A stretch of 63,063 bases of DNA, the filler included. It is 3 parts of 3 records of this genome, joined end to end, with 100 filler letters (N's around TTAATTAATTAA, not from the genome) between each part and the next. Parts side by side here need not be neighbours in the genome. Positions count along the whole stretch, not along the records: positions 24,420 to 48,948 come from SRR20825006_953; 2 more parts are not named here. One strand, given 5' to 3'. The position numbers and the translations under genes are program-made. A model generated the notes under the pieces. The model saw only the letters and a program-made list of their open reading frames with translations. It ran no database searches and was not told the DNA's origin. Positions within the stretch are counted from its first letter, which is position 1. Every line of letters starts with the position of its first letter. Shown piece by piece: positions 32,801-41,805 of the stretch.

Positions 32801-32909
32801 CTGTTCCCGTAACAATGGTTTGTCCCATCAAAGACAGACTACCGAACAGCAAAAATGCTGTTAAAGTCAGTAGCTTATATTGACCGGTAAATTGTAGTAA
32901 TAACTTCAT
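29814..32909 (-). CDS. susC: SusC/RagA family TonB-dependent transporter
   Basis: [63 protein letters not shown] and [13 protein letters not shown] motifs; terminal Phe. Confidence 0.96.
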   Translation of the reverse strand: [1031 protein letters not shown]

Positions 32910-32972
32910 ACGTTTTAATATTGAATTAGTTAATAGTTATAACCAAGCTTTTTTATCGCTATGCCTATATAA

Positions 32973-33031
32973 CAATATTAAGTAAACGTTAAACTGGACA
33001 AAATGGACAATTTTATCAAAAACATGGATAT
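32973..33031 (-). promoter_or_regulatory. susC promoter with putative AraC operator
   Basis: TAATATTG (-7-like element, 32980-32973) plus TGGAC/TGGAT repeats starting at 33004 and 33025 (21-bp period). Confidence 0.6.
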
Positions 33032-33174
33032 TCTGCTGAAATATCACAATAACGAAACAATTACCTTCTCACAGTTACAATTTACAAAGCTACAACGTTG
33101 TAAAGTACAAATATGATAATGATAATTTTACTGTTTCTTGTATTGAGTAGTTGGTAATAGCTGTAGAATCTTAT

Positions 33175-34074
33175 TTAGTGGGATAAACTTTTCTTTTTAT
33201 ATAGGTATCTGTATTTAGAAGGTGGCATCCCCATTATTTTTTTAAAAACCCTCGAGAAATAATAAGGATCATCAAAACCAAATTTTAAACTCACCTCCTT
33301 TACTGAAATATCGGTGAAATACAATTCCTGACAGGCTTTCTCTATTTTCAGTTTTAAAAAGTATTGTATTGCTGAGTATCCTGTTTTCTCCTTAAATAAT
33401 TTTGAATATCTTGAAACCGAGAGGTTTTGTTCTTCTGCAAGTTCTGCCACCTTTAGGTTTGTTGAGATATTCTGACTCATAAAATCTATTGACTTGGTAA
33501 TCGTGTCTTCCTGCCCGCGAGACGGCGTAAACCGTTCTCCTAACATCATCATTGATACTAAGTCAAAAAGCATAATATTTGAAAAATCGAGCGTAGCGCT
33601 TTGAAAATCCATCTCCATTACCGCGATAATACGCCTAAATTTTTGCTGAAACTTCTCTCTGCCACGATACACTTTGGTAAGATAAGGTCCGTCAGTATAA
33701 TATCTATTGTATAAGGTCTCTGCTTTTTCACCCTTAAAATGCGCCCAGTAAATCGTCCAGGGTTTGGTTATAGAACTATAATAATGATGCTGCACATTTG
33801 GGGGAATAATTATAAAGGTGTCTTGCTCAAGTTTAAAGTCTTCCGTTTCAATTTCTATATCCCCCTCGCCCTCTATACAATAAAGTATTATAAACTCTTC
33901 ACACCCAAATTTTCGTCTTCGGTCGTGATAATTGGCTCTTGGATAATATCCAATCGCAGATGCATAAAAACCGTTTATCAAACCGTTTTGCTTTACTTCA
34001 TTTATAATGTTAGGAGGTAAAGTGATCATTTTTTGACCTAAAAATCCTTCCTTTTTAGTTTGTGAATCTTTCAT
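33175..34074 (-). CDS. AraC family transcriptional regulator (cupin sensing domain + HTH)
   Basis: IGYYP.A..H...R, ILYCIEGEG, HHY and PWTIYWAHF in the N-domain; GFDDPYYFSRVFKK.MGMPPS.YR in the C-domain. Confidence 0.94.
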   Translation of the reverse strand: MKDSQTKKEGFLGQKMITLPPNIINEVKQNGLINGFYASAIGYYPRANYHDRRRKFGCEEFIILYCIEGEGDIEIETEDFKLEQDTFIIIPPNVQHHYYSSITKPWTIYWAHFKGEKAETLYNRYYTDGPYLTKVYRGREKFQQKFRRIIAVMEMDFQSATLDFSNIMLFDLVSMMMLGERFTPSRGQEDTITKSIDFMSQNISTNLKVAELAEEQNLSVSRYSKLFKEKTGYSAIQYFLKLKIEKACQELYFTDISVKEVSLKFGFDDPYYFSRVFKKIMGMPPSKYRYLYKKKSLSH

Positions 34075-34110
34075 AATGAGATGTTGATTATCTAAAGATA
34101 TAAAGTAAAA

Positions 34111-34168
34111 TAATCCAGCCTTTAGATTTTTTAATCCATTTTAGAAGGGAAAGTTAATTATATATTTG
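34111..34168 (+). promoter_or_regulatory. MFS-operon promoter with putative AraC operator
   Basis: TAATCCA at 34111-34117 and 34132-34138 (21-bp period), followed by TATATTTG (Bacteroidota -7 consensus TAnnTTTG) at 34161-34168. Confidence 0.65.
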
Positions 34169-34185
34169 ATACCAACCTTTTTCTT

Positions 34186-35574
34186 ATGAATACTCAATTT
34201 AACTTTACGTATCTCTTATTTATAGCTTTGGTATCAGCAATGGGCGGACTACTTTTTGGCTATGACTGGGTGGTTATTGGGGGTGCAAAGCCTTTTTATG
34301 AATTATTTTTTGGTATTAGCGATCAACCTAGGCTTCAGGGTTGGGCAATGAGCAGTGCGCTTATTGGTTGCATTTTTGGTGCAATTTCATCGGGAATCAC
34401 AGCAGATAAATTTGGACGAAAAAATCCATTAATTGCAGCTGCTGCCCTATTTACGATTTCGGCTTTTGGTACCGGGTATGTAAATGATTTTACGCTTTTT
34501 ATACTATATCGTTTGATTGGCGGTTTAGGAATTGGCCTGGCTTCTACTCTATCACCTATGTATATTGCAGAAATCACACCTACCAAATACAGAGGCCAGT
34601 TCGTCGCTATTAATCAACTCACCATTGTTTTAGGAATCCTGGCCGCACAAATTGCAAATTTTAGTATTGCAGAAAGCATCCCGAGTACATTTACCGATAC
34701 GGATATTTTAAACTCTTGGAACGGTCAAACCGCTTGGCGCTATATGTTTTGGGCAGAACTCCTCCCAGCGGGCTTATTTTTTATCCTTATGTTTCTCGTT
34801 CCTGAAAGTCCACGTTTTCTAGTGAAAAAGAATAATGAATCAAAAGCTCTCGTAACGCTTGAAAAGATTGGTGGTAATGCATATGCAAACGCAGAACTCT
34901 CTAGTATGAGAACAACACTTGCTCATGCGCAGCAAAAGATCAAACTGAGTGAACTGAAAGACACCAAGCTAAGACCTATTCTGATTATTGGTATAGTGCT
35001 CGCCTTTTTTCAACAATGGTGTGGCATTAATATCATATTCAATTATGCCGATGAGATCTTCACAGCAGCGGGTTATAGTTTAGGTGATATGTTGTTTAAT
35101 ATCATCATCACCGGAAGCGTAAATCTACTATTCACCTTTGTAGCTATGCGCACTGTTGACAGCTGGGGACGCAGAAAATTAATGCTGTTTGGCTCCTTGG
35201 GCTTAGCCATAACTTATACTTTGCTGGGCGGCGCTTACTTTTTTGAATTTAGCGGTCTGCCGGTATTGCTATTGGTCATTGTCGCCATTGCGATTTATGC
35301 AATGTCGCTTGCGCCAATAACGTGGGTCGTACTCTCAGAAATTTTCCCAAACCGTATTAGAGGTGTGGCAATGTCTATTGCAACGTTCGCGCTTTGGGTC
35401 GCTTCATTTATCCTTACCTATACATTCCCAATCCTGAATGATCTTTTAGGCGCCTATGGAACGTTTTGGGTGTATAGTGTCATCTGTATAGCAGGATTTA
35501 TCTTCATCAAATCTAAACTACCAGAAACGAAAGGTAAAAGCCTTGAAGAAATAGAAACTGAACTAACGTCTTAA
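34186..35574 (+). CDS. Sugar porter family MFS transporter (XylE-like)
   Basis: GGLLFGYD, D(K)FGRK, PMYIAE, PESPR, QQWCGIN, SEIFP..RG and PETKGKSLEE motifs. Confidence 0.94.
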   Translation: MNTQFNFTYLLFIALVSAMGGLLFGYDWVVIGGAKPFYELFFGISDQPRLQGWAMSSALIGCIFGAISSGITADKFGRKNPLIAAAALFTISAFGTGYVNDFTLFILYRLIGGLGIGLASTLSPMYIAEITPTKYRGQFVAINQLTIVLGILAAQIANFSIAESIPSTFTDTDILNSWNGQTAWRYMFWAELLPAGLFFILMFLVPESPRFLVKKNNESKALVTLEKIGGNAYANAELSSMRTTLAHAQQKIKLSELKDTKLRPILIIGIVLAFFQQWCGINIIFNYADEIFTAAGYSLGDMLFNIIITGSVNLLFTFVAMRTVDSWGRRKLMLFGSLGLAITYTLLGGAYFFEFSGLPVLLLVIVAIAIYAMSLAPITWVVLSEIFPNRIRGVAMSIATFALWVASFILTYTFPILNDLLGAYGTFWVYSVICIAGFIFIKSKLPETKGKSLEEIETELTS

Positions 35575-35620
35575 AGACCATTTATAAAAAACGAATTCAT
35601 TTTCATCAAAATTACAAAAA

Positions 35621-38600
35621 ATGAGCACTGTCAAAGCATGGAGGGATACCGTAGTTATTCCAACCTATGAGGTATTTGATCCTGAAAAATATCCTGTTTT
35701 TATTGAAAAAAGAGTGTATCAAGCAAGTTCTGGTGCGGTATATCCTCATCCTGTTATAGAAAAAATAAGTGATACTGCCGTAGATAAAGAATGGCAAGTA
35801 ATATATATTGAAAATGCATATATAAAACTTATGGTTATTCCAGAATTAGGCGGAAGAATTCAAATGGCCTGGGATAAAATAAGGGAACGTCATTTTGTAT
35901 ATTATAACAATGTGATCAAACCAGCTTTAGTGGGATTAACCGGCCCGTGGATTTCTGGTGGGATCGAATTTAACTGGCCACAGCACCACCGCCCGAGCAC
36001 CTATGATGCTACAGATTCTTATATCGAGAAGAATAAAGATGGAAGTGTTACTGTATGGGTGAGCGAGTTAGAGCGTATGTTCAGAACTAAAGGAATGGCC
36101 GGTTTTACGCTTCACCCAGATAAGGCTTATGTAGAAATTAAAGGGCAATTGTATAACCGTACCGTGCATCCACAAACTTTTTTATGGTGGGCAAACCCTG
36201 CAGTAGCGGTTAATGATCATTATCAATCTGTATTTCCACCAGATGTAAATGCGGTTTTTGATCACGGTAAACGTGACGTTTCTGAGTTTCCAATCGCTAA
36301 AGGAGAATATTACAAAGTTGATTATTCACCGGGTACCGATATTTCACGCTATAAAAATATTCCGGTGCCTACCTCGTATATGGCGATCACGTCTAAATAT
36401 GATTTTGTAGGCGGTTATGAAAACGATTCTAAAGGCGGATTGCTACACGTTGCCAATCATCACGTTTCTCCAGGAAAGAAACAATGGACCTGGGGTAACG
36501 GCGATTTTGGACAGGCTTGGGATCGGAATTTAACCGATAATGATGGCCCGTATATTGAATTGATGTGCGGTGTTTATACTGATAATCAACCTGATTTTTC
36601 TTGGCTTCAGCCATATGAAGAAAAGAGTTTTAAGCAGTATTTTATGCCTTACTATAATGTAGGAGTCGTAAAAAATGCTTCCAAAGAAGCGCTTATCAAT
36701 TTAGAAGAAGAGCAAGATGGCTTCAGAATTAAAGTGCACGTAACTTCAGTATATCCAAAAGCGAGTGTAGTGCTTACTTCCGAAGAGAATGTGCTGTTTG
36801 AAACTGTGGTAGATTTAGATCCAGCGAATGGTTTAGAGGAACTTGTTGAAAAAAACAGAGTAGATTATCAAAACTTGCGTTTAACGGTTAAAACTGAAAA
36901 GGGAAAAACCCTAGTAAGCTGGTCTCCATCTGATGATGAAGAAGGAGAAATTCCTGAAGCAGCTAAAGCAGCTAAAGAACCAAAAACTATTGATAGTGTT
37001 GAAGAACTATTTTTAAACGGACTTCATCTTGAGCAATATCGCCACGCAACTTACGATCCTACGGCTTATTATTTGGAAGCTTTAAAGCGCCAGCCTGGGG
37101 ATATAAGATGTAATAACGCGATGGGGTTATGGTACCTTAAAAAAGCACAATTTGAAAAAGCCCTACCGTACTTCGATAAAGCCATCGATACCTTAACCCT
37201 TAGAAATCCTAATCCTTATGATGGGGAAGCTTATTTTAATAAAGGAGTTACCCTTAATTATTTAGGCAGAAAGGACGAAGCTTACGAAGCATTTTATAAA
37301 GCTTGTTGGAACGCTGCATGGCAGGCCGCAGGATATTTCAATATTGCACAAATCGATAGTTTTAAAGGAGATGTAGAGTCAGCTTTAGAACACGTTGATA
37401 AAGCATTAGTGTCTAACTGGCATAATCACAAAGCGAGACATTTAAAAGTGCTTTTGATTCGTAAAAAAGGCCGTACAGAAGAGGCGCTTCAGATTATAGA
37501 AGATTCATTACAGATCGATCGTTTTAACTTCGGAGTTTTATTTGAAAAATATAAGATTAGTAATTCTGAAAAAGATCTTTCAGTTTTTAAAGATTTACTA
37601 AGAGATTACGAACATAATTACATCGAATTTGCATTGGATTATGCACAAGCTGGGGAATTTGAAACTGCCATCGAATTGCTTTCGATATTTACTGAAAGTA
37701 AAGCACAGTATTATCCTATGATCGCTTATTTTAAAGCCTATTTCTACGATCAGTTAGGAGATGCGGCAGCTGCTAAAAAGTATTGTGCTGAAGCGAAACA
37801 ACAGCCATCAGATTACTGTTTCCCAAATAGATTAGAAGAAGTATTGGTTTTAAAACGAGCTTTAAAGGTAGATAAAGAAGATGCCAGTGCGGCTTATTAT
37901 CTTGGAAACTTCTGGTATGCCAATAAACAATATACTGAAGCGCAAAAATGTTGGGAACAGGCTGTAGAACGTGGTGATCAAAATGCTATTGCGTACAGAA
38001 ACCTATCGTTACTATATTATAACAAAACAGATCAAAAAGACCTTGCTAAAAAGCAATTAGAATATGCTTTTGAGCTTGATGGAAACGAACCCAGACTTTT
38101 AATGGAGTTAGATCAATTCTATAAAAAGACCAATGTTTCTATTGAAGATCGTTTTAAAATTTTAGAAAAGAATCTGGAATTAACCAATTTTAGAGACGAT
38201 CTATATTTAGAATATATTTCGCTTCAAAACTTTAGAGGTAATCACAAAGAAGCTTTAGACTTAATTGAAAAACGACAATTTCATCCCTGGGAAGGTGGTG
38301 AAGGAAAAGTTTCTTATCAGCACGTAAATACCCACGTAGAGCTTGCAAAAATTGCTCTTAAAAATGGCGAATATCAAACTGCAATAACACATTTAGAAGC
38401 AGCACAGGTTTATCCGCACAATTTAGGTGAAGGAAAATTACATGGCACTCAGGAAAATGATATTTTTTATTGGTTAGGTTGTGCTTACAATAAATTAGGT
38501 GAAAAGGAACAAGCTGAAGCAAGTTGGAAAACAGCAACTCAGGGAATTTCAGAACCTAGTCCGGCAATTTTCTATAACGACCAGCAACCCGATAAGATCT

Positions 38601-38935
38601 TTTATCAGGGACTGGCCTTCTTAAAATTGAACAATCAGGAAGAGGCTGGAAAAAGATTTCAAAAACTTTACAATTACGGCAAAGAGCATATGGAAGACGA
38701 AGTGAAATTAGACTATTTTGCTATTTCACTTCCCGATCTTCTAATTTGGGAAGAAGACCTGCAAGTACGAAATAAAATTCACTGTTATTACCTGATTGGT
38801 TTGGGAGCTATGGGACTTCAAAAAACCGAGGAAGCACAGCAGGCTTTTGATGCTTTAAAAAAATTAGACACCTATCATTTATCAGCACATATTCACGCTA
38901 AAATGATCAGTGATTTCAATACGGTTAGTTTATAG
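35621..38935 (+). CDS. DUF5107 domain + tetratricopeptide-repeat protein, no signal peptide
   Basis: N-domain ELGGRI, IKPALVGL.GPWISGGIEFNWPQHHRP, WWANPAV, GKKQWTWG and YIELMCG...NQPD; long TPR-like C-terminal region with FHPWEGGEG. Confidence 0.8.
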   Translation: MSTVKAWRDTVVIPTYEVFDPEKYPVFIEKRVYQASSGAVYPHPVIEKISDTAVDKEWQVIYIENAYIKLMVIPELGGRIQMAWDKIRERHFVYYNNVIKPALVGLTGPWISGGIEFNWPQHHRPSTYDATDSYIEKNKDGSVTVWVSELERMFRTKGMAGFTLHPDKAYVEIKGQLYNRTVHPQTFLWWANPAVAVNDHYQSVFPPDVNAVFDHGKRDVSEFPIAKGEYYKVDYSPGTDISRYKNIPVPTSYMAITSKYDFVGGYENDSKGGLLHVANHHVSPGKKQWTWGNGDFGQAWDRNLTDNDGPYIELMCGVYTDNQPDFSWLQPYEEKSFKQYFMPYYNVGVVKNASKEALINLEEEQDGFRIKVHVTSVYPKASVVLTSEENVLFETVVDLDPANGLEELVEKNRVDYQNLRLTVKTEKGKTLVSWSPSDDEEGEIPEAAKAAKEPKTIDSVEELFLNGLHLEQYRHATYDPTAYYLEALKRQPGDIRCNNAMGLWYLKKAQFEKALPYFDKAIDTLTLRNPNPYDGEAYFNKGVTLNYLGRKDEAYEAFYKACWNAAWQAAGYFNIAQIDSFKGDVESALEHVDKALVSNWHNHKARHLKVLLIRKKGRTEEALQIIEDSLQIDRFNFGVLFEKYKISNSEKDLSVFKDLLRDYEHNYIEFALDYAQAGEFETAIELLSIFTESKAQYYPMIAYFKAYFYDQLGDAAAAKKYCAEAKQQPSDYCFPNRLEEVLVLKRALKVDKEDASAAYYLGNFWYANKQYTEAQKCWEQAVERGDQNAIAYRNLSLLYYNKTDQKDLAKKQLEYAFELDGNEPRLLMELDQFYKKTNVSIEDRFKILEKNLELTNFRDDLYLEYISLQNFRGNHKEALDLIEKRQFHPWEGGEGKVSYQHVNTHVELAKIALKNGEYQTAITHLEAAQVYPHNLGEGKLHGTQENDIFYWLGCAYNKLGEKEQAEASWKTATQGISEPSPAIFYNDQQPDKIFYQGLAFLKLNNQEEAGKRFQKLYNYGKEHMEDEVKLDYFAISLPDLLIWEEDLQVRNKIHCYYLIGLGAMGLQKTEEAQQAFDALKKLDTYHLSAHIHAKMISDFNTVSL

Positions 38936-38978
38936 AAATTAAGAGTCAAATTTATAGACTTCTTTAAAATAATTGAGC

Positions 38979-41744
38979 ATGCTTTCAAATTACAAAACAT
39001 ATAAATTTCTTTTGCTGATCTGCCTTTGCATATCGTTCTTATATTGTGATAGCGATCAACAATATGATCAGATTGATCTTGCCGGAGAGTGGCAAGTACG
39101 TTTAGACTCTCTAGATCGAGGTCAACAAGAGCACTGGCAACAAAACTGGACTGAACAAGGCCAGAAAATTCAATTGCCTGGAACTTTAGACGAGGCAGGA
39201 ATGGGTACCGCAGATACCCTTACTCCTGCCCTCAATACCTATGTGCTTTCTAATTTATCGCGCAAGCATCAATACATTGGCAAAGCTTGGTATCAAAAGC
39301 AAATTGAAATTCCTCAGGACTGGGATGGGAAACCGCTTGTATTAAACCTTGAGCGAGTACTTTGGAAATCAACTGTTTTTATAAATGATACAAAAGTTGG
39401 TTCAAGAGAGAGCCTTATAGGGAATCATCTATACGAACTTTATGATTTAAAGACAGGAGCGAATACGCTTACGATCCTGATTGATAATTCAGACTTTTAT
39501 CCAGATATTAATATTGAAGGAAGCCGCTATCCTTCTGGTGTAAACCGTGAGATGGCTCACGCGTATACCAATCACACCCAAATTAAATGGAATGGAATCT
39601 TAGGTGATATTTCAATTAAGCCAATATCAAACAAAATCTTCAAAGAGCTTCAGGTCTACCCCAATATAGAAGAGGAGTTTTTATCAGTCGAAGTAGCTAC
39701 TACTGAAGTGCTCGGCAAGCCTGTGGTTGTAAGTATTACCGATCAAACCGGAACTGAAATCTCTTCAGAAGTGATTTCAGCATATTCTGAAGAAAATAAT
39801 AAAGTAAATTTTAAAATTGCTGGTAAAGTATTACAAGAATGGGATGCATTCAATACCCAACTGTACACGCTTGTAGTACAAACTCAAGATGAAAAAATCT
39901 CCAAAACTTTTGGATACCGAAGCATAGGTTATAATGATGGCGAATTGATGTTGAATGGTCACCGAATCTTTTTACGAGGAAACTTAGAGTGTGTGATCTT
40001 CCCGTTAACGGGTCGTCCACCTTTACAAAAAGAAGATTGGTTAACGCTATATGAAAAAGCTAAGGATTATGGTTTAAATCATTTTAGATTTCATTCCTGG
40101 TGTCCTCCAGAAGCTGCATTTGCTGCTGCCGATGAGATCGGAATGTATCTTCAGGTAGAATTACCACACTGGAGTTTAAAAGTTGGAGAAGACGAAAAGA
40201 CGTGGCAGTTTTTAAATAGTGAAGCCGATAAGATCATCGCAGATTATGGGCATCACCCTTCGTTTATTTTTATGTCCATGGGTAATGAACTTGAAGGTGA
40301 TTTTGGAAAGCTTAATGAGCTTGTTTCAACGTTGAAAGAGAAAGATTCCAGACATTTATATGCGACTACAAGCTTTTCATTTCAAACACCTGTAGGAACG
40401 CGACCAGAACCAGAAGATGAATTTTTTGTGACGCAGTGGACAGATAAAGGCTGGATCCGCGGACAAGGTGTTTTTAATGAGTTCAGTCCTAATTTTAAAA
40501 CTGACTATTCTGAGAATAGTACACATATTGAAACTCCGTTAATTTCACACGAGATTGGGCAGTACTCCGTTTATCCTGATATTAGCGAAATTGAAAAATA
40601 TACCGGAGTTCTGGAGCCTCTTAATTTTATCGCGGTCAAGAATGACCTTGAAGATAAAAAGCTATTGTCCTTAGCTCCAGAATTTACCAAAGCCTCAGGA
40701 AAACTAGCTGCGATGCTGTACAAAGAGGAAATAGAAAGAGCTTTAAAGACCCCGGCCTTTGACGGCTTTCAATTGTTGCAATTACAAGATTTCCCGGGTC
40801 AGGGAACCGCTCTGGTCGGACTGTTAAACGCTTTCTGGGAATCAAAAGGAGCTATTAGCGCTGAAGAATTCAGCACATTTAATAGTCCGCTCACACCTCT
40901 AGCCCGTTTTGATAAGGCGATATATAAAAACGGTGAAACCTTTAAAGCTGATTTAGAAATTGCCAACTTCTTCAAGCCTTTAAAAGACCAGAAACTTATT
41001 GCAAGCTTGAAAAATAGTTCTGGTGAAACCATCTCTGAAACTGTAATTGAGCATGTAAATCTTACAATTGGAAACAATACGTCTTTAGGCATTTTAGAAA
41101 CTAGCATCCAAGTAGATGCAGCAGAGGAATGGCAACTTAAACTTAGTCTCGAAGGAACCGATTTTGAAAATAGTTGGCCGGTTTGGGTTTATCCTAATAC
41201 TATGGTAAAAGCTTCAGAAAACATCCAGATCACGAGCTCTTTTCATGATGCAAAGCAATGGCTTCAACAAGGAAAGCGGGTGCTGCTTAATCCTTCAATT
41301 AATAATTTAAAAGGCGTAGAAGGCCGCTTTGTTCCCGTTTTTTGGAGTCCGGTACATTTCCCAGACCAACCGGGAACTATGGGACTTCTTATCGATAAAG
41401 AACACCAAGCCTTGGCCAACTTCCCTACACAAGAGTATACCCAATGGCAATGGTGGGATCTGTGCAAACAATCAAAATCTGTAATTATAGATGAGATTCC
41501 TGTACAACCCATTGTGCGTGTGATTGATAATTTTGTGACCAATCACAGTATGGCGACCTTATTTGAAGCTAAAGTAGGCAATGGGAAACTCCTGTTCTCG
41601 TCAATGGACATTCTAAGTAATTTACAAAACAGACCAGCCGCACAGCAATTGCATAACAGTTTAATACACTATATGAATTCTGATTCTTTCAACCCCGATC
41701 AGGAATTAGATTTTGAAAACTTAAAAGCTCAATTGAGCAACTAA
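38979..41744 (+). CDS. Glycoside hydrolase family 2-like lipoprotein (A)
   Basis: DLAGEW, YIGKAWYQK, FLRG..EC..FPLTG and GLNHFRFHSWCPP; putative acid/base GNE and nucleophile SHEIG; N-terminal hydrophobic stretch ending FLYC. Confidence 0.82.
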   Translation: MLSNYKTYKFLLLICLCISFLYCDSDQQYDQIDLAGEWQVRLDSLDRGQQEHWQQNWTEQGQKIQLPGTLDEAGMGTADTLTPALNTYVLSNLSRKHQYIGKAWYQKQIEIPQDWDGKPLVLNLERVLWKSTVFINDTKVGSRESLIGNHLYELYDLKTGANTLTILIDNSDFYPDINIEGSRYPSGVNREMAHAYTNHTQIKWNGILGDISIKPISNKIFKELQVYPNIEEEFLSVEVATTEVLGKPVVVSITDQTGTEISSEVISAYSEENNKVNFKIAGKVLQEWDAFNTQLYTLVVQTQDEKISKTFGYRSIGYNDGELMLNGHRIFLRGNLECVIFPLTGRPPLQKEDWLTLYEKAKDYGLNHFRFHSWCPPEAAFAAADEIGMYLQVELPHWSLKVGEDEKTWQFLNSEADKIIADYGHHPSFIFMSMGNELEGDFGKLNELVSTLKEKDSRHLYATTSFSFQTPVGTRPEPEDEFFVTQWTDKGWIRGQGVFNEFSPNFKTDYSENSTHIETPLISHEIGQYSVYPDISEIEKYTGVLEPLNFIAVKNDLEDKKLLSLAPEFTKASGKLAAMLYKEEIERALKTPAFDGFQLLQLQDFPGQGTALVGLLNAFWESKGAISAEEFSTFNSPLTPLARFDKAIYKNGETFKADLEIANFFKPLKDQKLIASLKNSSGETISETVIEHVNLTIGNNTSLGILETSIQVDAAEEWQLKLSLEGTDFENSWPVWVYPNTMVKASENIQITSSFHDAKQWLQQGKRVLLNPSINNLKGVEGRFVPVFWSPVHFPDQPGTMGLLIDKEHQALANFPTQEYTQWQWWDLCKQSKSVIIDEIPVQPIVRVIDNFVTNHSMATLFEAKVGNGKLLFSSMDILSNLQNRPAAQQLHNSLIHYMNSDSFNPDQELDFENLKAQLSN

Positions 41745-41805
41745 TTCAATTTAAAATACGTAGACCTACAGGCTTTGCAGTCGCGCAGTACTAAATTTGA
41801 ATGTT

